Counted from the first letter of the stretch, positions 14,675 through 24,262 are shown. The stretch: DNA of 28,222 nt from Oligoflexales bacterium (GCA_041736175.1 JBGSUI010000035.1:1-28222), one strand, 5' to 3'. Numbers and translations: made by a program. Notes: generated by a model not told the origin, from the letters alone.

Positions 14675-16474
14675 CTAGGCACGGTGGGTTTTACCTTTAG
14701 AAAGTCTTTGGAGGACTGTAAACCCAACTCCCATAAGACCTATGGCGATCCCGATCCAAATCCCAAAAGCCCATGAATCCGCTCCTTCGGCTTTTGCCCA
14801 GAGCGAGCGTTGTCCAAAGTTCCCGCCAACACCTGCCTCGCCACCACCGGGTTCTTTCCGAGACCCTCCTAGGGATATGGCCAAGCCGCTCGTTCCTTTG
14901 GCTAATGTTTCACCTTCTGTTATGACCAGGTGCCGTCCCATAGTGTCACGCACCATGGGAACTTGAAGGGCAAGGAGTCGGAGGGAGTTTTTGGGCTGGT
15001 TTAATTTGAGGCTATAAGCAGGAGGAACTGCGCGCATGTGCAGCGCCTGCTCGTACAGAGCCTTTCCGGCCGGCGCCTTCCCAGTCAGAGCCTTGCCGGC
15101 CAGAGTCTTGCCGGCTAGAGCCTTGCCGGAAAGAGCCTTGTCTCCTAGCTCACGGTCTTCGCCGGCCTTGAGTCCAAGTCGAGAATTCCCCCTGCGGGTC
15201 ACTGCCTGGGCGAGCACTCCCATCCCGGTGGCATCTGATCCAGGAGTGACGCTGTCAAATCCGCCGGCAGTCCCACGAGGTGCCCCTTGTCCCAGGTCGT
15301 CGTCTAATGTTTGGTTGTCGGCAACTTCCACTGAGGGTCCGAAAGGATCGCCAAAAAGCCCTTGGGCCAGGTTAGCCCCGTCTTCCGAGGGGGAGAGGCG
15401 AGGAGCATCGGCTTCATCGTCGTCTCCGTTAAGGTTTCCACCGAGCCGCCCCGCGAGGGCAGATCCGCCATAACCGCCGCGAAGTCCACTATCGTGGCCG
15501 GCAGAACTCCCTTTGAGTAGAGTTAAGGATTGGTCCTCATTGAGCAGATCATCATTTCTGAGTCTGCCATCCAGAGCCAGAGCATCTTGTCCCGACACCC
15601 ATTGGGGGACCCGGTCAAAATCCTCAGGAGTCATTCCAGAATTTTTGTTTGGTGTTTTCGGACCACCATAAGCGGTCGCCGGTCCATCGCTTGTGGGTCT
15701 TGCGTCCCCAATCTCATCGACAACCCCTGGCCCTGGTCCTCGCTTAATGGAGTTGGCTTGGCTCAGCGTCCCTTGTTGGTCCTGACCTGCGGATCCATCC
15801 GATCCATTCCTGGAATTTCCCTCATAGGCAACGCCCCCGTTTGCTGCGCCGCTCTCTTGGAGCGCCTGACTCTGGGCAGCAGCTAGCTGGGCTTCTTGGG
15901 CGGCTTGGGCTTCTTGGGCTTCTTTTTCTTGGTCGGCCAGCCGTCGACGTTTTTGGGCCTCCTCGTGGGCTAAGGCTTTTTGCTGACTTTCGAGGCGTTT
16001 TTCTGCAACCGTGTCTTTAACCTTAGGGGTGCCCTTGGTTTTCTTTTGAGTCGATTTCACCTTTTTAGGTTTGTTAGAAAAGGCTGCTTCGATATCTTTC
16101 TCCCCAAAGTCAGCCTTTACTTTGTTAGGCGATCCACCTTTGCCTCCGAGGCTTTCAGTATAGTCGAGACTTTGGCCTTGGTAGGGATCGATCTCTGTGC
16201 TGTCCTGGGCTCCCCCTTGAAAGGGGTTTTTTTGTAAAACCTCCGAAGGTCCTTCGGTCCCAGGCCCCCCCTTGCTTGCAGATGCCGCCGTATCAGCATC
16301 GTCAAAAGGATTGACTGAATCATCCACAGATTCCTGATTCGGATTCTGAGCGGACTTGCCCAAGGATTGGTCAGACCCAAGGAGACCCCCACTGAGACAA
16401 AGAGCTAAGGCACCGTGGGAGCACCATTTTGAGTACAAAGCCTGTGTAAACAAACATTTTAATTTTAGTGTCAT
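14675..16474 (-). CDS. Low-complexity secreted protein with C-terminal membrane anchor
   Basis: GGAGG RBS at ATG 16474, N-terminal hydrophobic stretch, Gly/Asp/Gln-rich body, terminal TM helix plus basic tail. Confidence 0.7.
   Translation of the reverse strand: MTLKLKCLFTQALYSKWCSHGALALCLSGGLLGSDQSLGKSAQNPNQESVDDSVNPFDDADTAASASKGGPGTEGPSEVLQKNPFQGGAQDSTEIDPYQGQSLDYTESLGGKGGSPNKVKADFGEKDIEAAFSNKPKKVKSTQKKTKGTPKVKDTVAEKRLESQQKALAHEEAQKRRRLADQEKEAQEAQAAQEAQLAAAQSQALQESGAANGGVAYEGNSRNGSDGSAGQDQQGTLSQANSIKRGPGPGVVDEIGDARPTSDGPATAYGGPKTPNKNSGMTPEDFDRVPQWVSGQDALALDGRLRNDDLLNEDQSLTLLKGSSAGHDSGLRGGYGGSALAGRLGGNLNGDDDEADAPRLSPSEDGANLAQGLFGDPFGPSVEVADNQTLDDDLGQGAPRGTAGGFDSVTPGSDATGMGVLAQAVTRRGNSRLGLKAGEDRELGDKALSGKALAGKTLAGKALTGKAPAGKALYEQALHMRAVPPAYSLKLNQPKNSLRLLALQVPMVRDTMGRHLVITEGETLAKGTSGLAISLGGSRKEPGGGEAGVGGNFGQRSLWAKAEGADSWAFGIWIGIAIGLMGVGFTVLQRLSKGKTHRA
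15056..15140 (-). repeat. 15-bp coding tandem repeat (KALAG-like, about 5.5 copies)
   Basis: KALSG KALAG KTLAG KALTG KAPAG KAL. Confidence 0.8.
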
Positions 16475-16916
16475 TTTTTTTCCTCCAAAAAAACCCATCT
16501 AGTTTTGCGGAGGTTTGTGGTTGCAACCTAAATGTTTGCTATTTAGTCTTTGGTTTTAGATTGTTACGGTATGGCTTTTTCCCGAGGGTCAAAACCCAAA
16601 AAGACCAAAAGCCAGATTTTGATTTCTAAGGGGCAAACTCATTTAAAGTCGGCAACCGGACTCCAGGTGGATAAAAATGAACAACTTGGAATTTCTTAGA
16701 CAGGATGACACCCACAAAAAGACTTTTTATCAGTGGATCTGTGGCTCCGCCGCTAAGATCGAAACCTATTGACCGACCTATGGGGAGTTTCGCGGTCGAA
16801 AGCCCATCTGGCAGGAAGCTGCTAGGTGTAGTAAAGAGAAGTCTCGAAGATGCCGAAAAGGGCTGCTGAGAGTCGCCTTGGTCTTCGGTTGAGAGGCTTA
16901 CTTTGGAGATAAAAGA

Positions 16917-17864
16917 GTGACTAAGATCCTATTGAAAAATAAGCAAGCACAAGCGATCGTGATGCCCCTAAGGGGCGGTCTGCTCACCGATCTCAAACTC
17001 GAAGATACCCGCAATGAGCCCGTTGATATTCTCTGGAAATCTGCAGATATCCACGACGATGCTAGCGGCTGGCCCATGGGGGGCATCCCGTTTTTGTTCC
17101 CCTTTGCTGGGAGGGTTTACAACGACGAGCAGCCCCTATCCTATAAGCTCGGCGAGCAAACCTATCATATGCCCCTCCATGGATTTGCCTACGGACTGCC
17201 TTGGTCCACCCAGGCCGATGGATTAGATCCAACCCATGGGGATCCCTATCGGGATCCGCCCCAGCAGGTGACTCTTACCCTTCAAGATACACCGGCGACT
17301 TTGAGCCTGTTTCCCTTTAAGTTTAACCTCACCCTGACCTATATTTTAAGTCCGCAAAAACTCACCGTCCGCGCCACGGCCCAGATGACCCAGGCCATGG
17401 ACCCACAGGCCCCTTTGATGCCTGCGGCTCCGGGATTTCATCCTTTTTTGAAAACCCCCATCCGCGGTGTGGGGCGACCTAGTGAGTGTTTCCTGGAGAC
17501 CTCGGCCCAGTCGATCCTCCGGGTCACGTCCCAAGGACTCGCAGGCAAATCCTCTCCCCTCGGGCCTGGTCCCCACTGCATCACTGACGTGGACCTCCAA
17601 AGTGGGATTTTAACGGGTTTTCAAGACCCGAAAACAACCCTTGTGGACCGAGACAATCGTCTGGCGATCGAACTCAGCTGGCTCGAAGAAAGCGGCTTTA
17701 ACCATATGGTCCTGTGGACCCGCGAGGGCCAAGGGTTTTATTGTGTCGAACCCTGGACCACACTGCCCGATGCTCTCGCACCTGGTCATGGGATCCAGTG
17801 GCTGGCCCCAGGGCAAGTCCTCAGCCTAGAGTTTTCCCTGAGACTGAAAGACCTGAGGCGCTAG
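16917..17864 (+). CDS. Aldose 1-epimerase / galactose mutarotase-like protein
   Basis: GGIPFLFPFAGR, HGFA, FPFKF, GFHPF and FYCVEPW motifs; GGAG RBS. Confidence 0.9.
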   Translation: MTKILLKNKQAQAIVMPLRGGLLTDLKLEDTRNEPVDILWKSADIHDDASGWPMGGIPFLFPFAGRVYNDEQPLSYKLGEQTYHMPLHGFAYGLPWSTQADGLDPTHGDPYRDPPQQVTLTLQDTPATLSLFPFKFNLTLTYILSPQKLTVRATAQMTQAMDPQAPLMPAAPGFHPFLKTPIRGVGRPSECFLETSAQSILRVTSQGLAGKSSPLGPGPHCITDVDLQSGILTGFQDPKTTLVDRDNRLAIELSWLEESGFNHMVLWTREGQGFYCVEPWTTLPDALAPGHGIQWLAPGQVLSLEFSLRLKDLRR

Positions 17865-17872
17865 CAAGGCTT

Positions 17873-19672
17873 TTACATCTGGTCCAGCAGGTCGGCGAAA
17901 AGCTGCACCATCTGGCCAGTGCCCCCTGGTTCGAGGCACCCCGCCGCCGGGCCGTCCGTCCACGAGTAATGATCCACATGAATCCAGGGCACCCGCCCCG
18001 CAAAACGGTGGAGAAACATCGCCGCTGAGATGGCGCCCCCAAAACGCTGGGGGCCAGAGTTGGCGATATCTGCAAAACTAGACTTTAAATGCCCCCGGTA
18101 CTCACCATGGAGTGGCATCCGCCAGACCAACTCTCCCCGTTTGTGGGCGCTCTCTTCGAACCTAGAGACGAGGGAGTTCTGGTTGGTGAAATACCCCCCT
18201 ATCCGGGTTCCTAAAGCGACCCGCATCGCTCCCGTGAGGGTCGATAGATTCACGAGAAACTTGGGATGGGGGTTTTGTTCGAGAGCCACATCGATGGCGT
18301 CCGCCATCACAAGCCGCCCTTCCGCATCGGTGTTGTCGATCTCGACGCTGACGCCGGCGCGGGACAACACCACATCTCCGGGGCGAAAAGCTTTGGAGCC
18401 TATGGCGTTTTCCGCAAGGGCCAGGTAAAAATCACAGGCCACCGGTAACGCGGCTTCTTGGACCCACCAGGCGATGGCAAGGGCAGAGGCCGAGCCACCC
18501 ATGTCTTTTTTCATAATGCGCATGCTCGCGCCGTCTTTGATATCGAGGCCCCCCGAATCAAAGGTGATTCCCTTACCCACAAAGACAATGGGGTGGTCGG
18601 CGCCCTCGGACTCGGTCCCTTTGCGGTGGGAGTGGTCTTTGGAGCCATGGGGTTTAGTAGAGTCAGGTCTATAACGGATATGGACCAAAGCTGGCTCGTA
18701 CTGGGAGGCTGCGCCGACTTCTCTTAACAAATGGCAGCGTTCTTTTTTAAGGCGCTCTCCGGTCCAGACTTCGACGGAGACTTTGGGATGGTGTGCAAAT
18801 AGTTTTGTGATGAGTTCTGCATAGCTCTCGGGGTTTAGGAGGTTTGGAGGGAGGTTGACCAGATGCCGGGCTAGATTGACCGCTACACCAATATTTTGTT
18901 GTTTAGGATTTACGGCTTGCTTTAGATCGTCACTAAAGACATTGATCAGTTTAGGGAGGGTGGGTCTTGGTCCTTGAAACACTCCTTTGAAACGGTAACA
19001 TCCGAGTTCCAATCCGATCCAAAATCCTTCCCGCAAGTCCTGTTGGGTTGCCTTCCAGTCGATGGTCAGCTCGCTGACGCGGTGTTCTTGAAGCGCGCTG
19101 GCTAGGTGGGCCCCCAAGTCCCGTGCCTGGGCATAGAGATTGGGTTCGCCACTGACGGTCAGATCCCCTTGGGTCCCTCCTTGCTGGGGGAGGGGAGGTG
19201 CAAAGTAGAGGACCCAGAAGGGGCCACTTTCTAAGGCCCAATAGGTGATCTCGTTGCGACGGGAACGGTTGGCCTCGATCATCCAGGGGGCTAGATTTTG
19301 TTTAGCCCAAACCTCAAACACCTCGGATCCATGGAGGACCACGCAGCGGCCCTTGAGGTTGGCTCGCCCCTGGGCCCCTGCTCCGCCTGATCCGCCTACT
19401 CCGTGGATCTGGCCGGGGGCTAAATTTTTTAACACTTCGCTTTGGGGTTCGAATCCCAACAGGGGGTGGCCTTGCCACCGGGGGAGGTCCTTGGGTTTCG
19501 GGTGGATCCCGCTTTTGCCAGGGTGTTGATCCTTTTCCGTCTTTTTTTTAGGGAAATCTTCTTGATTCAAGTCCAGTCTCCTCGTCCGTGATCTATGTGG
19601 CTCGCTTACACTTGCGGCGATTCCGGCATAGTTGTTGCTGCTCAATTTCTGCGTCCCTATGGGTGGGACCAA
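17873..19672 (-). CDS. Leucyl aminopeptidase (M17 family)
   Basis: VGKGITFDSGG, MKKDMGG, NTDAEGRL and LSTLTGA motifs. The start is uncertain. Confidence 0.95.
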   Translation of the reverse strand: MVPPIGTQKLSSNNYAGIAASVSEPHRSRTRRLDLNQEDFPKKKTEKDQHPGKSGIHPKPKDLPRWQGHPLLGFEPQSEVLKNLAPGQIHGVGGSGGAGAQGRANLKGRCVVLHGSEVFEVWAKQNLAPWMIEANRSRRNEITYWALESGPFWVLYFAPPLPQQGGTQGDLTVSGEPNLYAQARDLGAHLASALQEHRVSELTIDWKATQQDLREGFWIGLELGCYRFKGVFQGPRPTLPKLINVFSDDLKQAVNPKQQNIGVAVNLARHLVNLPPNLLNPESYAELITKLFAHHPKVSVEVWTGERLKKERCHLLREVGAASQYEPALVHIRYRPDSTKPHGSKDHSHRKGTESEGADHPIVFVGKGITFDSGGLDIKDGASMRIMKKDMGGSASALAIAWWVQEAALPVACDFYLALAENAIGSKAFRPGDVVLSRAGVSVEIDNTDAEGRLVMADAIDVALEQNPHPKFLVNLSTLTGAMRVALGTRIGGYFTNQNSLVSRFEESAHKRGELVWRMPLHGEYRGHLKSSFADIANSGPQRFGGAISAAMFLHRFAGRVPWIHVDHYSWTDGPAAGCLEPGGTGQMVQLFADLLDQM

Positions 19673-19737
19673 CCGCCTACACCCAAGTCTGTGTTGACCT
19701 TGTGCCTCCCTTACTCCACTAACATGCTGAGATAATT

Positions 19738-20193
19738 ATGGTATTTCTAAAGAAAGGACCGATATTTAAAAAACTCCATGATAGGCTCGTTTTGGGTTTA
19801 TCCATGGGCTTTTTTGGTTTCAGTCTGTGCCTCCTGTTTTTTGTACTCTATGATGGATTGCAAACAAGGCTCCAGAATAATCCACCGCCCACCGTCTCCC
19901 AGCCTAAGGCCCAAGCGGCTCAGATGCGAGCAAAATCCATCGATATCATGGATCTACCCCATACCCCCTGGATCAGGCTCGGGGGCGGAAACTACCAGAT
20001 TTTGGGTCTTGGCCAAAATCCAGACACGGGACGCCAGGTGGTTTGGGTCCGGAGCATTCCATCAAACCGGGTGGCCGGGTTTGCCAAGGGCCAGCCGCTT
20101 TTTGGTGGACCCGTCAAGGTGACGGCGATTCAAAGGGACCGACTTGAGGTGAGCTATCGGGATCAAACCCACGAGGTGCCTCTTGCTGAGTGA
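19738..20193 (+). CDS. Bitopic membrane protein with GspC/PilP HR-like domain
   Basis: One N-terminal TM, Pro-rich linker and a beta-rich C-terminus (GQPLFGGPVKVTAIQRDRLEV) resembling the T2SS GspC HR domain. Confidence 0.5.
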   Translation: MVFLKKGPIFKKLHDRLVLGLSMGFFGFSLCLLFFVLYDGLQTRLQNNPPPTVSQPKAQAAQMRAKSIDIMDLPHTPWIRLGGGNYQILGLGQNPDTGRQVVWVRSIPSNRVAGFAKGQPLFGGPVKVTAIQRDRLEVSYRDQTHEVPLAE

Positions 20194-20203
20194 TCTGGCG
20201 AGG

Positions 20204-20650
20204 CTAGGCGTGAAGTAAAATATTTTCTTTAATGACGTTATAGCTGGGATCTAATTTTTTACACATCTCGACGGGATCAATGGCCACCACTTTTAGAAGG
20301 TTCCATACTTGAAATGAAGGAGTTTTTGTTTTGGAATGCAGCGAGCTAAGATAAGATGCAGTGATTCCTATAAATGCCGCTAACTCATGTGACTTTAAAT
20401 TTGTTTTGCTTCTTATAATATCAATAAACTGCGAAGCCTGATCTCTTATGGATTTTTCCATGGCTGCATCGTACTTGGATGCACTCGTTACAATATGATT
20501 TCCACAGTTTTGACACTTTGCCATCTCTAAGTCTACAGTCACAAAAACTTGAGGGAAATCAGACCAGATCGAGGAGTAGTTGTTTTTTACATTTACCACT
20601 GTCAGGCTTTTAAGCCCGCATTCTCCACATCTTCTGTTCTTAATATTCAT
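20204..20650 (-). CDS. MqsA-like antitoxin (Zn-ribbon + XRE HTH)
   Basis: CGEC...CQNCG zinc ribbon followed by the HTH ELAAFIGITASYLSSL...PS. Confidence 0.75.
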   Translation of the reverse strand: MNIKNRRCGECGLKSLTVVNVKNNYSSIWSDFPQVFVTVDLEMAKCQNCGNHIVTSASKYDAAMEKSIRDQASQFIDIIRSKTNLKSHELAAFIGITASYLSSLHSKTKTPSFQVWNLLKVVAIDPVEMCKKLDPSYNVIKENILLHA

Positions 20651-20793
20651 AAAGTTAATTTCCTTCTCTCTGGGTTACAAGCAACAGCCTTCCATCTTGT
20701 AGAGGAAAACCAAATAGAATTTTGGTTACCATCGATGTAACCTTGAACAATCTCTTTAACTCGTTTTAGATCAAACTTTGCTGTCTCTGGCAT
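20647..20793 (-). pseudogene. 48-aa ORF coupled to the antitoxin; probable shortened MqsR-like toxin
   Basis: Not in the ORF track. MPETAKFDLKRVKEIVQGYIDGNQNSIWFSSTRWKAVACNPERRKLTL*, GGGGGA RBS, ATGA overlap with the antitoxin. Confidence 0.5.
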
Positions 20794-20906
20794 ATAGTTC
20801 GTCCCCCTATACCAAAGATATCGGTAAACGCAATCAAAAACTTTAACTCAGTTTTATTTATACAATTAACACACTAATAATATAAAATATTTTTTAACAC
20901 AGCATA

Positions 20907-21128
20907 TCATGCCTTTGTCCAGTCTTGAATAACTCCACGAATGCGGGAAAATAGGCGAGGACCTTGGCTGCCTGGAGTCTCTTCCAGTAAACGTCGGGCG
21001 AAAGTCCCAGTGCCAATTGTTTCAATACCCAACTTTCTCATAGTATAAAGATTTTGATTCCGAGAGTAAATTATGAGACAACAGAACAAGCGCTTTTCTA
21101 CGTTAGCATCATAACCTACAACGGCGTC
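20907..21128 (-). pseudogene. Probable C-terminal gene fragment truncated at the res-like site
   Basis: The frame stays open upstream of the annotated TTG (DAVVGYDANVEKRLFCC...) into the res-like palindrome; no convincing RBS/start. Confidence 0.35.
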
Positions 21129-21152
21129 TCGTAAACGGACATTTTTGAGACG
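21125..21152. promoter_or_regulatory. Serine-resolvase res-subsite-like palindrome
   Basis: 28 bp, CGTCTC-GTAAACGGACATTTTT-GAGACG, adjacent to a Tn3 tnpA fragment. Confidence 0.55.
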
Positions 21153-21191
21153 AGAGAATCATTCGAATGTCGGACCTTTTTACTTCAAGTC

Positions 21192-21374
21192 ATGGTAAGT
21201 CTAAGCCTGCTCTCCAATGTCATCTTAGTCTGGAATACAAGAGAAATAGCGCGGATCGTTGACCATCTAAGGATTGGCGGTATAGTGGTGAACAACGACG
21301 ATCTGGCGAAAGTCACGCCCCTGTTGCACAAGCATGTTATTCCGAATGGAACCTACCATTTTCGAGCGGCATAG
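21192..21374 (+). pseudogene. tnpA: Tn3-family transposase C-terminal fragment
   Basis: LSLLSNVILVWNT...DDLAKVTPLLHKHVIPNGTYHF matches the terminal motif of Tn3 transposases; only about 60 of roughly 1000 aa remain. Confidence 0.85.
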
Positions 21375-21409
21375 CTGGGTCGATATAGTTGTACTAGGTG
21401 GAGGAATCA

Positions 21410-22669
21410 GTGATTAAATTCTGTGCAAATGATCAAAACTGCAAACGACCTAAAAAAGCAGGCAAGGCCTGGCGTCCCGCTAATGTTCGTCACCAAGGCG
21501 CGACATGCAAATATTGTCGGGATGCCATACCCAATGCTGTGCCAGCGAAAAGAGCCTATGAGCCCTCAGCGACGGCCATACTGGAGGTGCCATTGAGCGA
21601 CGCCCATGGCGAAACCATCGAGGGTTATACCGAAGTTTTGGACCACATAGGCCGTGAAATCGACTCCGCTCGACTTGCCGTTGCCAAGACGGCAAATCAG
21701 GTCATAACGAGAACCTACTGGGAGATCGGGCGTAGAATCGTCGATCTGGAGCAACGTGGGAAGAGCCGTACAGAGCTGTACGGCGAACGGATTATCGACC
21801 GCCTGAGCGTTGATCTTGCCAAGCGCTATGGCCGTGGATTTTCGAGGTCAAACCTCTATAATTTTAAAGCTTTTTACCTCATGAAGAACATTATCCAGAC
21901 ACCGTCTGGACAATCTTTCCCACTAAGCTGGTCGCATTATACCAGGCTCCTTTCGGTTAAAGACGCCAGTGCCAGGGTTTTCTACGAGGAATTAGCAATT
22001 CGCGATGGATGGACAGCGCGTCAGCTCGATCGACAGGTTGGCTCGAATTTTTATGAAAGGGCAATGTTAGCCAAAGATCGGGCCACGTTGATGGCCAATG
22101 CCAAGAAGCCGCTTCCGCAAGAGGCTATCGTAGCCGAAGCTGCTATCAAAGACCCAGTGGTTCTCGAATTCCTTGGCCTCAAGGATGAATACTCTGAAAG
22201 TGATCTAGAAGCTGCCCTCATTGGCGACTTGGAAACATTTATATTGGAGCTTGGCACTGATTTTGCATTTATTGGCCGCCAGCGACGACTGCTGGTTGGT
22301 ACCGTTTGGTACCGAGTCGATTTGCTGTTTTTTCACCGCCGACTGCGATGCCTGGTGATCATAGATTTGAAAATTGGCGAGTTGACACACGCTGACGTTG
22401 GCCAGATGAACCTCTACACGAACTATGCGAAGAAGCATTGGACCAACCCAGACGAAAACGATCCAGTTGGTCTTATTCTCTGCGCAGGACGGAATGCCGC
22501 CGTCGCTGAGTATGCCCTTGAAAATTTGCCGCACATAAAAGCTGCCGAGTATATTCGGCAGCTGCCCGACAAAAAGATGCTAGAGGAAAAGCTTGCAAGC
22601 AGCCGGTTACTTCTTGAAAGTTTAAACCCATCTTCGAGCAGTGGATTCGAGGCAAAAGACAAAGAATAA
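21410..22669 (+). CDS. YhcG/DUF1016 family PD-(D/E)xK nuclease-domain protein
   Basis: YWEIGRRI, YGRGFSRSNL, LSWSHY, IKDP..LEFL, ELG..FAF.GRQ, DLLFFHR.LRC...IDLK and GQMNLY motifs. GGAGG RBS supports GTG 21410. Confidence 0.92.
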   Translation: MIKFCANDQNCKRPKKAGKAWRPANVRHQGATCKYCRDAIPNAVPAKRAYEPSATAILEVPLSDAHGETIEGYTEVLDHIGREIDSARLAVAKTANQVITRTYWEIGRRIVDLEQRGKSRTELYGERIIDRLSVDLAKRYGRGFSRSNLYNFKAFYLMKNIIQTPSGQSFPLSWSHYTRLLSVKDASARVFYEELAIRDGWTARQLDRQVGSNFYERAMLAKDRATLMANAKKPLPQEAIVAEAAIKDPVVLEFLGLKDEYSESDLEAALIGDLETFILELGTDFAFIGRQRRLLVGTVWYRVDLLFFHRRLRCLVIIDLKIGELTHADVGQMNLYTNYAKKHWTNPDENDPVGLILCAGRNAAVAEYALENLPHIKAAEYIRQLPDKKMLEEKLASSRLLLESLNPSSSSGFEAKDKE

Positions 22670-22729
22670 AAGCGGATATTGGAAGTCGATTTGCTAAAAA
22701 TTTTATAAAATATTATTGATTTACAAAAC

Positions 22730-22767
22730 CTTAGAGTAAGTTTTCCCCCGGATGAGCCCGGTACCCC
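22730..22767. mobile_element. Tn3-family 38-bp terminal inverted repeat (right end)
   Basis: CTTAGAGTAAGTTTTCCCCCGGATGAGCCCGGTACCCC is exactly 38 bp and reads GGGG...TAAG on the reverse strand. About 24/38 identity to the Tn3 IR as recalled. Confidence 0.8.
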
Positions 22768-23032
22768 AGGTTGTAAAAGTCGATTTCTCTCGGAGTCTGC
22801 GGTTTTTTTTAAAAACGTCCCTCGAAGCGGTAAATTTGTTTATATTTGGTCGACCTTGGTATCGCAGCCAGTTTTTGGGTTGAGGGGCGCCCAGGATTAA
22901 AGTCACTCCGAGCAGTACGTCCCAGGACGACGCGCTCTGTCCAAGTACATCGACCATCGTCCCAGGGCGACCGATGTTTGTATGGGATAGTGGCCAGACC
23001 TCGCGGTTCTTATAGACACATCCATACACCAG

Positions 23033-23070
23033 CTTTGGCGAGACACCTTTGGCGAGACACCTTTGGCGAG
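23033..23070. repeat. 14-bp tandem repeat CTTTGGCGAGACAC x2.7
   Basis: Perfect copies at 23033 and 23047, partial copy at 23061. Confidence 0.85.
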
Positions 23071-23089
23071 CAGGTCGTTAGCGAGGTCT

Positions 23090-24262
23090 CTAGAAAGGTG
23101 CATCCCAAAGCTCCCCGTCCAAGACAACGCTGCCCGAAGTAGATGAACTACCTTGTTCAAAACTCACCGACATGATGCGTTCGATTGTGCCGTCTACGTT
23201 ATGGTAGGTTCCCCTCTTAGTAAACCTCATCATAGGGATTCCTGGGACTCTGTCTAAGGTTGCTCCCTGTGTGGAAAGATCCTTTTGTGAAAACACCTTT
23301 TGTTGGGGGGACAGCCAGATATAGCTGGCAGATTTAACCTGGAATCCACCAAGACTGAGAGTTGCTGTGCCCATCAGAGTTCCAGTGTCTGTCTCATGGT
23401 TTCCAGCATAAACCTTCATATCAACATCTCTAAATAAAGCCCCGGCATGTGGGGGCGCGCCTTGATCTTGGGTGTATTCGATTAGAAAACAAGTATGAGT
23501 CGGGTTCGAGATATTGAACAACTTTTTGTAAAGGTCTGGAAGCGGTTGGGCGCAGAATTTTTTGCCTCTCGGAAAAGCAAAATATTGATCAAATGCCAAG
23601 GGGTGTGCATCCTGGGAGTACTCGGCAAACACTTCGGACATGAGACTCCAAGGGGGGCCATAATGGGGTAGGCCATAGATATGACCCAACTCATGAAGAA
23701 GAATAAAGTATAGGTTTTTCCCATTTTCCTTTGTCCAAAAGTCTGTTTGTCCACGGGCGCCTTGATAGGCCAGTCGTCCTTGGACGGGGGACACATAGAT
23801 AAATCCTTTGCCTTTTAACTCGACCTTGTCATAGTCCGTCCGCACTGATATTGCGGCAAACTTGGCTGGGTTCTTTAGATAATCTTCTTGTTCAGGGTTA
23901 AGCATTCCGAATTGAAACCTGAGGTCCACAAGATCGTCGTTGGTATCGGTGCAGGTTCGTTCTTCCCAAACTTGGGAGGCTATTTGCAACTTGCCAAAAT
24001 CAGGGAAATTGACTCCAATTCCGAATCGAAACTCCCGTTCCCAAAAGCTAAGGGCCCTCTTGATCGTGTCTGCTGCGAGGGCTTTGGTGACACCGTGGTT
24101 TTGGTCGTCTAAGAGGATACAATAGGTCGCATGCCGGGTGTTCGATAGAAACCATGGATTGCGCGCATCTCCCAGCAGCTCCGTGCCACCACTGGACCAG
24201 CTACCGGCGATGGCTGTAGCACTGCACACCGTAAAATAGAGAGCTATGGCAAGCTTGAACAT
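23090..24262 (-). CDS. Secreted zinc metallopeptidase (metzincin/matrixin-like)
   Basis: Signal peptide ending AIA, HELGHIYGLPH zinc motif and SLM Met-turn. Confidence 0.85.
   Translation of the reverse strand: MFKLAIALYFTVCSATAIAGSWSSGGTELLGDARNPWFLSNTRHATYCILLDDQNHGVTKALAADTIKRALSFWEREFRFGIGVNFPDFGKLQIASQVWEERTCTDTNDDLVDLRFQFGMLNPEQEDYLKNPAKFAAISVRTDYDKVELKGKGFIYVSPVQGRLAYQGARGQTDFWTKENGKNLYFILLHELGHIYGLPHYGPPWSLMSEVFAEYSQDAHPLAFDQYFAFPRGKKFCAQPLPDLYKKLFNISNPTHTCFLIEYTQDQGAPPHAGALFRDVDMKVYAGNHETDTGTLMGTATLSLGGFQVKSASYIWLSPQQKVFSQKDLSTQGATLDRVPGIPMMRFTKRGTYHNVDGTIERIMSVSFEQGSSSTSGSVVLDGELWDAPF

Noticed and set aside
16628..16670. GGGCAAAC motif suggesting a c-di-GMP-I riboswitch
   Set aside because: No GAAA tetraloop stem or GACGCAAAGC segment follows.
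19445..19457. GGGTTCGAATCCC T-loop-like sequence
   Set aside because: It lies inside the aminopeptidase ORF and no cloverleaf can be built around it.
23033..23070. Tandem repeat as a mini-CRISPR
   Set aside because: The 14-bp units are contiguous with no spacers.
22721..23160. Overlapping short ORFs right of the Tn3 IR
   Set aside because: No recognisable motifs or RBS; they overlap the IR, the tandem repeat or the peptidase gene.
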